In this document: piece after piece, positions 27,890 to 43,052 of the stretch
How the letters are laid out: each line of letters begins with the position of its first letter
Position numbering within the stretch: position 1 is the stretch's first letter
Assembly (NCBI RefSeq): GCF_009914755.1
Contig: NC_060927.1
DNA: 64,000 bases
Source: the human T2T-CHM13v2.0 reference genome, Homo sapiens
Direction: 5' to 3' (one strand)
Notes under the pieces: model-generated
What the model saw: the letters and a program-made list of their open reading frames with translations, nothing else
Databases searched by the model: none
Told to the model about the DNA's origin: nothing
Made by a program: the position numbers and the translations under genes

Positions 27890-30024
27890 ATTGTTTTAAA
27901 TAAATAAATGCAGTGCCCCTTACTCAATAGTGCATTATTGTTACTTCCCAGAGCACACAGTCACTGAGTAATAAAAAGGGCACAGAATTTCAAATCAACA
28001 GAACTGGTTCACATTCTGGTTCTACTCCTTACTAAATGCAATTAGTCCCTGTGATACTCAGTTTCCACCCCTGTAAAATGGGAACAACCCTTATCAGAGT
28101 CCTACCAATATACTGTAGGATTCTGGTAAGGATCCTCCAACAAGAATCACGGCTCCTCTGAGGCTGTGGTCTTCATTTTAGATAAGATATTCTGGCCAGG
28201 GAAGAATAAAGGTCTCAATTCCTGCCAAAAAAATTTTATTCAATACATAAATTTACCTTGTTTGCTTTAAGACTTACTCATCCAACTATTTTTGAGAGGA
28301 AATAAATGCTTTAAAAATTGAACACAGGCAAAATTAAAAGAATCAGGATTAAAACAGAAACTCTGTCTAAAGAATACAAAGGATAAGTGCCAGGGCTCTA
28401 GCAGTGGAGACAAACAGGGAAACGCATTGGGTTGCACTGATTTATTTTCTGGCTGACGAAAAAAAGCAGCACATAGAATACTGTGCAGCCAGCATGTACC
28501 CAGCCAAGCTCAAATGTACAAGTAACTTCTTTAACCTGAGAGCCATGAAGAAGAGCAAAGTGATAACTGACAACTTGGGACCCAGAGCTTCCAGGCAACT
28601 GCTCACCCTCTGTCCTCCCTAGGCCAAGGGCGTGCCCTGTTTTGAGAGAAGAGGAAAGCAGCCATATTTCCAGTCTGAACCACACATCACACTTCCGCCT
28701 GCACAATTTCAGAACAAACAACTTAGAGTCAACTTCTAGAAGGTCCTGGCAGAGAAACCATTATTCTGACCATAAAAAAGTATAAACAGATTCAATCATA
28801 GGCTCTGGGTAAAGATAAGAAATTACAGGCAGTGGCATTCTCCAACTCCAACCCAGCCAGGAACAGTGCATTAGAAAAAATGCCCGCCTTGACGACAGAA
28901 GCATCCCTTAGCTGTGGATGCTGTTAGATGGCCTCTCACAGCAATGTGACCCGCAGGGGATAAATAAAGCAACTCAAAACCTCCATTCATAGAAACAGGG
29001 TCCTTATCATAAATGGAATGAATCCTAAATAGAAACAGGTAGTTTCCTTCTTTTTGCAAAGAACATCTTTCCAAGAGCAGGCCACAGAGGTGGATTTAAA
29101 GTCAGACATGTGAATATTCCATACCCCTAAATCCCACAAGTTGATAACTAACAGTCCATTCAGGGAAACAAGAATGAGAATAAAACCAGAGTGAGAATAA
29201 AACCAGGACAAAGAGCTCCCTGTGGCGCTGGGAGATAGGCCTGTTATCAGCTCCATCTCCAGGGCACAGGGTCAGGGGAAGTAGAGCGTGCAGCGCTGCC
29301 GGGGAATTGCCTGGCCAACTCCAGCCCCTATGACGCACAGAGCCAACTGCACAAGATTCCAGGCCTTCTCCCTCTGTTCCACTGTTTGCAGGATTCAGTG
29401 GAAGGGCCTTTAATCTGGCCAGATCAGGAGGAGACACAGCATTCAGTAAACAAAGTAAGGGATACTTAGGACTTACAAATGATAGCCAAGATCTGCTTCA
29501 AATATGGGTGTGGTTGGGAATACAAATGCAACAAGACTGGTCATGAGTTAGTAATCATTAAAGACGAACAATGAGTACATGGGGTTTCATTTCACTATTC
29601 TTTATTCTGAAACTGTTCCAGAATAAAAAAAAAAAAAAAGAAATCATACTTATTCACTGTGGAAATTTAGGTAAATATTAAACAAAAAGCCAAAGAAGAA
29701 AATAAGCCTATCACCTATCAGAAAAATATAATCTTGTCACCTGAGACAACCACTGTTACCATTTTGTTCCATTTCCAATCTTTTCCACATTTTTTCTTTC
29801 TTTTGTTTGCAAAACAGAAGTATACTGTCCATATTGTTTTATAACCTGCTTCCCATGCCAATCTTAATTTATCTTACATATTATTCTGGAAATTCTTAAA
29901 ACATAAAACATTGGGTTGTATCTTCCCTAAGGACAATTTTTCCTAGAAGAGGGAGCCAAGAGAGAGCAAAGTTACTATTAAAGCCATCTGATACTAATAC
30001 CTTACATATTATTCAAGTCATTAA

Positions 30025-30320
<296 letters not shown>

Positions 30321-32072
30321 TCAAGTCATTAAATATTTTAAGTAGTATGACTGTTGCGTAGTCTTTCATCCAAAAGTAGTCCATAAACTACTTCCAATTT
30401 TTTGTCACCATAAGGCTGTGGTGAGCCAGGAAGGATGACATGTTTTATAAGTAGGTGATGTCAAGTGAGAAATAAATTGCTTAGTATGCACCTGAACATA
30501 AACTGACAGCACAATGGAAAAGAAAAGGCAAAGAGAGATGCTGGAGGCACATTGGCTGCATAATTCTGAGCAATCATTAACTTTCCAGGTATTCCCTTTT
30601 GCAAAGGTCGTGGTGAGGAATAAAGAGCAAATTTCAACAGGTATAAGCCTGAAACTTGCTCACAAAGTGCCTCTCCGTCAACAATAATTCACCAGGTCCA
30701 GACAATGAACTGAGAAAATCTGCTAGCATCGCCTCTGAAATGCTTGAGTCTTGAAATACTGTGTTTTCAAAGGGTTGAAGATTTCATCCATCAGGGATGG
30801 CACAGGAAGGTTCCATAGACATAGACTGGATCAAATGGCTTCTCAAAGACCACTGTGGTCCAAGTGATCAATCATGTCCTTTCAATTCATCTAATTGAAT
30901 AAAATATACTCAGACACTGCTTAGGCCTGTAATTGGGTTCTTTCTCCAGAGAAAGATGAATTTCTCTCTCCAAAAAAAGAAAATCCATAAAATCCTCAAG
31001 GTGGGGAGATGAGGGGGATCCTATGTCTTCTCTGCACTATATTTTTCCCTACCAAGAAGCAGAATTTGGCTGAATGTCTGTGGAGAAAACGCCTCCTATA
31101 GTCAATATCTGAAAGTCAGTCAAAAATATAATTTTTCTTTCTGAATCAAATTCATAAACTATTTTGTGAAACATTTGAAAGGTTCAGGACTGAATACATT
31201 CTAACCATGTTTCCATGTGTCTCTCTCAGACTGCTAAGAGACACCAGGGACTTCTGAATCAAACAATTTGGCTCTGGCCAGTAGCTGGGAAGAGGCCACA
31301 CTGCAGCCTTCCTAGATAGGAAGCCACTGCTACCTTCTTCTCCAGGAGGGGCCCACAGACTCTGTGATGGGCAGAACCACAGTGGGATCAAGAGAATGGC
31401 AGATGGCTGTTGCTGCTTTCTTTACATTTTACCTTCTCCTTATCCATTTCCTTCTGCCATTTTGGTTTTTTATTTCAGAAAGGACAACTGGGGTTTTCTT
31501 CCCATCTTGTCAAGGATTGAGTGGAGAGGAAACAGGAGTCTGTGTGACACACCAGATTCAGGCTCTGAGGTCAGAAACTGTGTAAGTGAGCAATTAAGTG
31601 CTTATCACTTAATAAGTGAATAGCAGCTGCCATATGCAGGCTCTCTAGACTGAGTTCTAGCCTCTGACCCTGCCCTCACCAAATGGAAGAGTCCCCACCT
31701 ATTGAGGAATCTGCCTGAATTTTCAAGAAAGTATTACCAATTATTCACACTCTATTGATGACCACTTTGAAAAAATATGAAATGTATGCACAAAGACTAA
31801 GAAGAGACTCACAGATTTTTAAAGTATGTGTATGATAGTGAATTTAAGAGTGTTTTTTTTTTGGTTATTGTTATTGGGTTGTTTCAACAGTAGAAAATTA
31901 TTTTAAGACTATGTTATCACCAACATTCCATTTATATATTTTGCTAAGATTGGAACCTCTCGAAGCATGAGTTCATTTCTGATCTAAGTCTAGGCCCTCC
32001 CTCTGGATTCATATATCACAGAGAAGCAGGAGGAAAACAACTAGAATTGCAACCAAAGATGCCACACAATTC

Positions 32073-32383
32073 TTTTTCTTTCTTTTTTTTTTTTTTAAAT
32101 TTGAGACAGAGTCTCACACTGTCGCCCAGGCTGGAGTGCAGTGGCACAATCTCCACTCACTGCAACCTCCGCCTCCTGGTTCAAGCGATTCTCCTGCCTC
32201 AGCCTCCCGAGTAGCTGGGATTACAGGCACCCGTCACCATGCCCGGCTAATTTTTTTGTATTTTCAGTAGAGACAGGGTTTCATTATGTTGGCCAGGCTG
32301 GCCTTGAACTCCTGACCTCGTGATCCACCTGCCTCGGCCTCCCAAAGTGCTGGGATTACAGGCGTGAGCCACCACGCCCGGCC
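32073..32383 (-). mobile_element. AluS (Sg/Sc-like)
   Basis: Full dimer; TSD cacacaattcttttt. Confidence 0.93.
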
Positions 32384-32802
32384 TCACACAATTCTTTTTC
32401 AACTGGGTTTCCCAAGAGAGCAATCTCTAAGGTTTGCCAAAATTGGTCCAGAAAGCTCTACAAGCTTCTATGCCTATGACTTGACCTTTACTTTTTTCCC
32501 CTGAAAATAAACCAAAAAGCCAATGTATAAATGCAGACAGCTGTCTTCTAGCAGACAGTACTCCATTGCACACAACCACACCCTGACACAGAGACACAGA
32601 CCAGCCCAATCCATTCCCGAGCTCCGGCTGATTTGACTGCTGTAGATTTCCCAGAAGTTCCACTGAGCTCACCCTCTGACTTCAGAGTGGTCAGGAGCCA
32701 CATGCTGGGGCACTCAAAGACTCCTGCAGGAAGTACCAACACCCACTGACGCTCTCTACCTTGACCTCCCCATGCAGGGACAGGACCAGAAAGGAAAGTT
32801 AC

Positions 32803-32971
32803 CTTGCAGACGGCTGCCTGGAGTACTGCATCAAAGCCCCCCTCAGGGGCATCTCGGTTCCGGGACACCCTCTGTTTCCGAACTTCCTCATTGAAGCTGT
32901 CCACTCTGTCTGTGAGAGGCAGCAGATGGCGGAACCCAAAGGAGGGGACGCAATTTGGAAACAACTTGTAA
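32803..32971 (-). CDS. ITGB5: ITGB5 exon 5 (169 nt): (G)[56 protein letters not shown]
   Basis: Acceptor ctctag|T, donor AAG|gtaact; phase 2/0; DAPEGGFDA motif. Confidence 0.97.
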
Positions 32972-35683
32972 CTAGAGAGGAAGAAGAGAAGAGTCACTTT
33001 TCCATCATTGTCTGTAAATCTTAACCAAGTGTTCTGAGCATTCACTGAGTGCCTTGAGAGGCACCAATAACTATTTAACCAGCACCTACCACATGCCCCA
33101 GGACAGGCACAGCAGAGAGAGCAAAGATAAATAACATAGTTCCTGTTCTCCAAACATCAGCCCTAAACTGCAGGCAAGGCAGTATATGCCAAGTTATAAA
33201 TGAATGGTATGGACAAATTGTTCAAAGGAAACAGAGATAATAGTAGGCTACTGTGGTTGGAGGAAGACTTGACATAGGCATTGAAAGGTATGTGGGACCC
33301 GGGGTGTGGGCCAGCCTAGGCAGAGTGGAGAGGAAGTGTCCTCTGGGCTAAGGAACATGGATGATGCCCAGTGAGGGCAATGTAAGTGCAGTTACTCCAT
33401 GCAACCAGCTTCTACATCAATGTTGCTGCCACGCAACAAAGGATCACAGGATCACATAATCTCGTCATGTCAATCCACTCAGTGACCAGGATGTGCAGGC
33501 ACATGGACAAATGCTGAATGGAACAGGAATGAAAACATCTTATCTGCTTCTTCATTCGTTTCTAAATATTGTACCAACAAACTATCAATTCTGCTAAATG
33601 CAATAAAAATTATTTAGAAACTAAGCATCTTCAAATGGAAAGTTATGTCTGGAAATTACAAAAGAAGGAAGTATTACACATCAATAATAGGTTAATACCA
33701 AGCCTTTCTCCTGAAATATGGGGTGATCTCCTTTTCAGTCTCCTGTGGAGACTCCAAGTGGCCCTATTCCTGAAGGGAGTTACTTTCCATTACAGCTCTA
33801 AGAGTTTCAGCTTGATCTAGAACTAATAAAGTTGGAAGAGAGAGCTTATATTGTTTTACCAATGGGTTCACAAAGTAAAGGGAAGAGGGGAGAGTGTCCC
33901 AGCCAGAGAAGAGCATGTGCAAGAGTCCTGTGGCAGAAGGGAGCACAGAGCCCAAGGACAGAGGGAGGTCGGGGGGCTGTGGTGCAGAGTAACGGGTGAG
34001 GATGGGCGAGGAGGAGCCTGGGAGGCAGGCTGGGCCAGACTGTGCAGGGTCTGCAGCCATGTTAAGGAAGTCGCTCTTTCAGGATAAATGATGGAAAACG
34101 AGCACTAACAGGCCTGAGGGAAAGGCTTTATAATCTAATTCAAGCTGCATACATGGGAAAGAAAAAAGCCTTAGCAACAGCTAGGAGGACCCTGCCTTAA
34201 ATGCTGTCAAAAAGCAGACTCACCAGGGCAGGTCTGGGCAGGCTCCCTTCTGTAAAGGGGCAATCTTTGGTTCTCTAAGGGGCTATTCCATTCCCTCTCA
34301 GGGCTACAGTCCCTTCTCCATCCACACAGTCACAACAGCACAGCACAGAGTCCCCAGCAACAGGCCCACCCTGCACAGAATCAATCAGCCCCACTCCTGT
34401 GATAGTCGCGCTCTCCCTCTCGGGGCCGGCGGCAGTGATGGGATCTCCCTGCCTGGCTTTCCTTTGTGTTTCTCCCTTCTCCTTTCCCGAAGTCTTCATG
34501 AACACCTTGTACTTGGACAGGTGGAACTCTCTTTTAACCTCAGCCTCGGGCCACCCAAACTTTCCATTACCTCCTCATTTTGTCATGAAAAGAACAATCA
34601 TGGAAATTACATTCCCAGCTGGAAGAAGGAACTGAGGTCCCATCTGTAGCTATTTGGCAAGTGGATCATAGGCCCAGAAGGAAGTAAGTCTATCCAAACT
34701 CTCCCCCTCTCTCTTCCTCCAAGATCCTGCCCTGGCCTATGTGGCTCTGGCCCATGATTTAGGACTTCAGGTGTGTGGTTTTTTTACACTTGGTCCGGTT
34801 GGTTGCGGACAGGGAGAAAAGAAACTGAATAATGATTGCTGTTTAACCAGGAAAGCTGTGACAAACTCAGCTACAGCTCAGCATGTTTTACCTCCTCCCT
34901 TTCACTCCCGCAAACAGCAATGAGCAGATACATTTTTACTGCAAAGAATGACTGTTAAGTAGTTAGGAATTAGAAGATGTGTTTGCCAGAGAGAAGCCTT
35001 CATTGTAGAGAATTTACTATAACCAAGTCAGAGTCACTTAGGAAAAGAGCTTTGTCACACAGACGCTAGGAGAGTCTCCACTGACACCGGAATAGGATGT
35101 CACCTGTGATGAGTTATCTGACTTAACCCCAGAGCAGCTGTCTGAGTGGCCTGAAGATCCGGACGTTCTGGGGTCATGCCAGGAGACTATCCTACCCCTC
35201 TCATGTGTCTGTGCTGTGAGACCCCAAATAAGCGCCATGCATACAGAGTTACTAAATTAAGGATTATTAACAAGGGAGATAAAAAATAAAATATATATGG
35301 TTAAAGAGCCAAGGGAGTGTCTGTATGTATAAAAAGTGAATCCAATTTGAAGACACCAGACCTAGGCAAATCCAGAAAACAATCTAATGCCTCAGGAGAA
35401 TATCATGGATCAAGCTGACATGGAAAGGCTCTCCATGTCATGGAACAGGAATGAAAACATCTTATCTGCTTCTTCTAACTCTAAACATATAAAACTGCTG
35501 GATAAAATGTAATTTAAAATTTTTTAATATATAGCCTAGGCTGGAAGCTTAGAAAGTAAATCCCAGAAACGAAGAGGAAACCATTCAATAAATGAATGGA
35601 CCTTTCAGAAGTATTTGGTTTTGGCAAAAAAAAAAAAAGAAAACACCAAAAAACAAATGAATGGACTTAAAAGAATAGGTGGG

Positions 35684-36039
<356 letters not shown>

Positions 36040-36546
36040 CTACAGGCTTGGAGCAGGGTCTACCAGGAATAGATGCTGAGCCTCAGTCCTGCAGAGGGCT
36101 GAACACTGGAATAGGGCTGTCTGCATAAAGCCGAACAGCACAATGAGCTGCTGTGCTACTAAAACCAGAAACAGAAAAACTCCAGCTACTGGTCTAGGAA
36201 AGCAGCACGGAAGCTGACCATCTACCATGAATGAGATGAATTACCCATAAAAACTGTAACTCCAGGCCTGAGCAATTGGAATACACTGCTTTTATGGTGA
36301 AGACATCTCCAATTGAAAAATTAACAGAAAAACTAGTCCCACGGTGAACCTGGAGATTCTCGACAACGGCAAACATAAAACTGCTCTGCAGGGATGCCCC
36401 CACAACCTCCAAGGAAGAGCTAATGAAAAGCTTATAAATTGCATGAAAAACAATTCATGAAGGCATGTCAGCAGGTCCAATACACTGACTGGCTGTGGAT
36501 CCACCTGAAGGATCCACAATTCAAGAAACAGAAACAGAATAATTTA

Positions 36547-36769
<223 letters not shown>

Positions 36770-37990
36770 ACACAGGATGCCGTGCTGCCTGGACGTGGGG
36801 AGACAAAGCTCGGCCTGCTCACCAAGCCACAGTGTGCCCCCACGCTGCGTGTGCCTCCCCAGCTCAGAGAAGAGAGCTTCACATAACTCAGGCCCGAGGT
36901 TTCCTTCCACATTCTCATTCTTCACTGGACTTCCTGCCTTACAAGTAGCTTTTCAGTGTGCCTTGTACTCACTGTCAGGAGTTTTACTGTCTGCAACAGG
37001 CTCTGCCTTAGAGGACTTAGAGAGTGAGCTCTGAATAAGTAATGATGTGTCATAACTTTGAATATTTAAATGCTGAGCGCCTAGAGCCAGCCCTTGATTC
37101 TCTGCCAGCTTCCAATCTAGTGTCTCGGTCAGTGGAAGGGCCTTGGAAGAATGAAAGTGGGGACACACCCTATCTGTCTGGAGACAGGGCCCAATTAGGA
37201 CAGAGGTGAAAAGAAGCAAATAAAATCACTATTTCAGATGAATTGAAAAAAGGCTTAAGGCTTGCAGTTAAGATGCTGTTGCTCCTGGTAAGCAGCAAAA
37301 TTTCAACAAAAACATTTGACACCCAGACTTAGCTGAAAAGGGCCTTGGAGACAGAATCAAAGTAGTAATAGTCCCTGTGGCCACCTGTCGCCAGGAGGAA
37401 GCTAAACCCAGCAAATGATGATGCCTAGTGCCTCTTCGTGGTTAAAGAATTTAGAGTTCATTTGTATTTAAAACTTTTTCTTGTCTGTTTTTCCACCAGT
37501 GTCAGTTCCCAATACCTGAAAAGATCTAAGTCAGCTTCTGGGAGAGTATACAGAAGGATCTGGAGGGATTCAGAAGAGCCTATGCCACCAGCACACTAAC
37601 TTGCTCCTATCACCCAGCCCAACTTGGAGCTAGGAGCTCTGAAGGCTACCAAAGAGGACTTGTGGAGAGGGGAGGGCTCAGGGATTTAAGAACAGCTCTC
37701 TCCCCTTGGTGGCAGCTGGAAGACCAAGAATTGAGAATGGCATCACAAGATGGAAGGAGCTGGATCCCTGAGTTACTGCATGGAGAGCTGCCAAGGAAAG
37801 CAGCTCAGCCCTCATCAGATGTTGCACAAGCAAAAAAAAAAAAAACCAACAAAAAAAAAACGTTCATTGTGTTGAGCCACTGAGATTTGGAGACTCTACG
37901 TTACTGCAGCATAACCTACCATGATCCTCAGGTAAGCCCCTAGGACATGGGGGTAGGGTGGTTTAGGGACAGGTATTATTACTCAGCCTA

Positions 37991-38349
<359 letters not shown>

Positions 38350-38379
38350 TGCAAATGCAGACTCTAAAAGTAGTTTGTC

Positions 38380-38570
38380 TGTATTCATATTCCAGCTCTA
38401 CCCCTTGCTGTTTGTATAATATTGGGTAAGTTATTCTCTCTAGGCCTCAGTTTCTGCATCTCTAAAATCTGGCTTACACTTACCTTAGAGACCTCAACAG
38501 ATTGTTATGAGATTTAAATGAGATAATCCACAGAAAATATTTAGTATGGGGCTTGACACTTAGTAAAAAC
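38380..38570 (+). mobile_element. MIR
   Basis: gggtaagtta..ggcctcagtttctgcatctctaaaat..gttatgagatttaaatgagataat. Confidence 0.75.
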
Positions 38571-39714
38571 TTAAGTCTTAGTTATTTCCTATCTCATGAC
38601 TAGTTTTGGACCTTACAACACAAACCCTCACTAAAGTTAAATGTGGAGATGAGGAAAGCAAGAGTTGGAAGTTACCACTCACTGCAGTCACTTGCATAAT
38701 CTTGACATTTAAAGAAACTCCTGAAAGACTAAAAAGAAAAGAAACCAACCTAGTAGAGGTTGTGTTGCATGGGCTGAAGAATGCAGTCCCCTCATACAAC
38801 CACCCACCCCAGCATGCATACAAACGTCCCATGGCAGAGACCTGCTCACTAATCCTATTTCTTCTGATTCCTGGGCCTACAGCTACACTAGTTCCCAGCC
38901 TCCTGGCTCAGTCCTGTTCCGTCTAATAGCATGTGGGAGCGGGCATGGCAAAGGCCTATCCTCCTATGCATGACCCTCTAGGCAGCATGACCTTAGGAGC
39001 CATGTGTGGAAGATGGTAAAGCCTGGAAGATGGAAAGCACCTGAGTCCCTGAGTCACTGCTTGCAGGAGAAGTTCCATGGATGAAGAGACCCAGTTGGAC
39101 TTGAGGAGCAGGAAATAAACTTCCAGCAAGTTTGAGCCATTATACACTTTGTTATTATAGAATCTGGCAGCAGTTAGAGACACCTGTTTTCTAATAATAT
39201 GTCAAATCTTTTCTAGTTCAGGTGTTTATGTTGAAAAAAAAATTCTTACATTTAAAATAGGATTTTAATCTAATTATGTGAAAATAAGTTATAGTTATTT
39301 ATAGAAAAACAACAGGGACAAATTTTGAATTCATTTCTCCCAAAGCACCTCAGTTACTACAAGCAAGGGGAAAGTTTAAGTTGCCCTGCCTGCTGCCTCC
39401 CTGATAATCTGGATCCATCACTCCCTGAGGACATTTTCTGAATTCTATTAATGTGAGCAAATGGTGCTGTGCATGGCAGGCAGGAAAATCAAGGGGTTGT
39501 GATCATTTTATCTTTACAACCTTGTGACAGTTCACTCACTTCTTCACACGTCAGGAAAGGAGAGAATGTATGCTTATCATTAATCAAATTAAACGCCTAA
39601 GCCTGGCCACCCCTCCTAACCATGCCTTCCTTAATTCTTTCTTTGAGCTAAATTTTCCTGCTTCTCCATTCTCCCACCCTTAAGTACCCAACAGAAGGGC
39701 AACTGGTCACTTAC

Positions 39715-39964
39715 CCAATGCACGGATTGGTCTGGTACCTCGGTGCCGTGTAGGAGAAAGGAGAGATGTCCTTATCAACAAAAGACCCAAATCCCAACCG
39801 GAAGTTGCTGGTGAGCTTCCTCATCTCCTCCGCGAGTTTGGTGCCCAGGCTCCGGATATTGTCCAAGTCATCCTTCATGGACAGGGAGAGGTCCATCAGG
39901 TAGTACAGGTCCACAGGATAGTCCTCCACCTGGCGAACCTGTAGCTGGAAGGTGGTCTTGTCAC
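39715..39964 (-). CDS. ITGB5: ITGB5 exon 4 (250 nt): (G)[32 protein letters not shown]...YQTNPCI(G); contains MIDAS DxSxS
   Basis: Acceptor gtgcag|GT, donor TGG|gtaagt; phase 1/2; [12 protein letters not shown] and GFGSFVDK motifs. Confidence 0.97.
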
Positions 39965-40160
39965 CTGCACCAACAGAGAGGCCACGTGTGTTAGAGGTTG
40001 TGCAACCTGCTGAGGGCTGAGGGATGGGATTTGCTTTCAAAGCTAGTTTGCCTCTTACTTTTCTTTAGTGATTGTGTGCCTCACAGAAGATTTTTCTTGG
40101 AAGTAAAGTGCCTGAAGGGAATACGGTGCTGAGAATGGAGGCCTGGGTTCTCCTTCCTAA

Positions 40161-40512
<352 letters not shown>

Positions 40513-41948
40513 TAACAACCAGGCTCCTTGGTAGTGTTCTGTCTTCTCAGCAACAAAGACCCTTGAGTAATCAGTGGACAGTGAACCAGACAATTTCATG
40601 AACACAAACTGGGTGGAGAGTAGCCCACCAACCACATACCAACTCCAGAGAAAGACCCAGTCACGATGGGAATGTGCGTTTGAAACAAAAAGCAGGGAAG
40701 AAATGAACAAAAGAGGGGTGTGGGCCTGAGTGGGGAAGAACCAAGTTGGGGAGAGAGATGTGCAAGGCAAGGGAGGGCAGAGAAACAAAGATCGTTGTTT
40801 AAAATACCCCAATGGGCAAAAATATGCATGCTTATGCCACATCACCTGTGTTTGTTTCTATTTCTCTCGCCATTTACCAGACTAGTATTTATTTGGGGGG
40901 CATATTTGATGTTTTGGGACATCACAGGCACAACTCATTATCATTGGAAACTACATATATAAATACAGGAAGACAGATTCCAAATTTTAGCTCTATCGAA
41001 AAAAGAAAACAAGAAGAAAGAGAAAAGACAGCACTAGATTTGTCTACCAGCTACAATAAGATAGCCAACAGGCAGAGAAAAGGGGAATTAATTCAGAGGA
41101 AAAGAACAAAGAGAAAAGCTAGTGTCTGGCAGGTGTGGCCTTTTCTGTCTCACCCTATAGAGTTCAAAGAGAGGCTCAAGTCAGGGCAATAACTGGAAGA
41201 CCCAGGCCACGATAATGATCTTGAAATCATTTCATAATTTCTAAAAACAAATCACTTAGAACCAACTTTAAGGCTCAACTCATACCAGATCATTCTATCT
41301 GCCTTGGGCTTATTAACCTTTCAGGAGTGCCAAGAGATGCCCTATTTATCCTGCAGTAGAACTGTCTATACATACTTGAAATTTGGATAGATTCTTTGTG
41401 TGTGTAGAGGCACAACAGCAAAGGTGGCCTCACTCCTGCCCAGCGGGTCTACACCTGACTTGCCGGCAGCCACATCTCAGAGCAACCAGTCTTTCATCTC
41501 AAGCTGACAACTAGCAAGCTGAAGGCTTCTTTAACTTGCAGGGAACTCAATCCTCTATGCTTCCTCTCCTCCTCCCACCGTGACAACAAGGCATATTTCA
41601 CTAACTAGATCACGAAGAATCCAATGATCAAAAGATTTTAGTTCAAGTTCCAGCTCTGTCCCTTGAATAGGAGTGCAACCTGGGCCACGGTTTCTTGAAA
41701 TATAAAATGGAAGTAACAATGCTCACAGCATCAATTAAGCCTATGATGCGCTCATGAGGGAGAGCAGTGTTTTATGAGCAGTACAGGCTTGCACGGATGA
41801 AGTATGATTATGATCATTACTGCTTGCAGTCAGAGTGGCAGCTCTGAGCCTGCTTCCCCTGACTTGTCTTTGCGTGTACTGTTCTAGGCGCCTCAGGATT
41901 GATGGAGTTTGAGTTGCCTATTGGTATAAGCCTATTTTTTAAAACCAT

Positions 41949-42122
41949 GGGGTGGGGGGAGGGGGGAGGGATAGCATTGGGAGATATACCTAATGCTAGA
42001 TGACGAGTTAGTGGGTGCAGCGCACCAGCATGGCACATGTATACATATGTAACTAACCCGCACATTGTGCCCATGTACCCTAAAATTAAAGTATAATAAT
42101 AATAATTTAAAAAAACAAAAAA
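41949..42122 (+). mobile_element. Young, severely 5'-truncated L1PA (L1PA2/3-like) 3' end
   Basis: gggatagcattgggagatatacctaatgctagatgacgagttagtgggtgcagcgcaccagc; TSD aaaaccat; TTTT/AAAA endonuclease site. Confidence 0.93.
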
Positions 42123-43007
42123 AAAACCATCAGAGTCTGACTCAAACAGAGGAATGTTCAAGGTTTTCTTCCAGAATGAATTCCAGGCTGCTGCAGTGTC
42201 TGCCTTTGGTCAGACAGACACAGCTTGTCCCGCCAGAGGGCTCCTTGGGTGCCACATCACAGTGAGGGAGGGGCAGGGAAGAGGGGGGAGTTGGGGGAAG
42301 GGAGCTCCCTCCTTGGCCCTTGCATGGGCAGACAACAGACCCCAAATGGACAGAGCCTGCAATCCTATTTCCTCTGCCTGATGCCATGATCTTTTCACAG
42401 GTCTTCTGCATTTTCTGCCACCTGTCCCCCCAAGTTCCCACCTACAACTTATTTTATCCAAAATCTACTTCTACTTTTTTACGAATTATAAGAAATTAAC
42501 AGATGGGCACTTTAAAACCAGGAAACAAATAATTGGCTTGGATTCCGGGAGGCTGAGAGGCATCTATGGGATAGAGGCTTGGAAGCAGGAAAGCTGGGTT
42601 TGAATCCAGACCCTGTCACCAAGGACTAGGGAGAACTCAGGCTCTCTTCAACTCACTGCTCGGTTTCTGCATCAGTCAAGTGGGGAGGATATTAACTATT
42701 ATAGGGATTAAAAGAGATAAACACCACACAAATGTTCCTACACAAAGAAAACTTTGGCCTCGGTTTTCCCAAAAGTCAATTACTGAAGCAATTTCCTGTG
42801 AGGATAAAAAGAGAGACAGAAAATCCTGCCAGCAACTTGAATTTCAACAGCTACAGCCTTGGGCATACAAATTTAACCCTAAATTTTCCAGACATGAGGG
42901 CTGAGGGAAAGAAGGCATGATATATAGGTCCCTTTGTATCCTAAGAGGCTATCTATTCTGAAGCAAGAAACTTCTTGGCATTACATTCTAAGAGAAATTG
43001 ATCAGTA

Positions 43008-43012
<5 letters not shown>

Positions 43013-43051
<39 letters not shown>
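43013..43051. repeat. (AC)n microsatellite, about 19 units
   Basis: Directly visible. Confidence 0.98.

Positions 43052-43052
<1 letters not shown>

Noticed and set aside
29175-29206. 15-bp direct repeat tgagaataaaaccag x2
   Set aside because: Ordinary short slippage duplication
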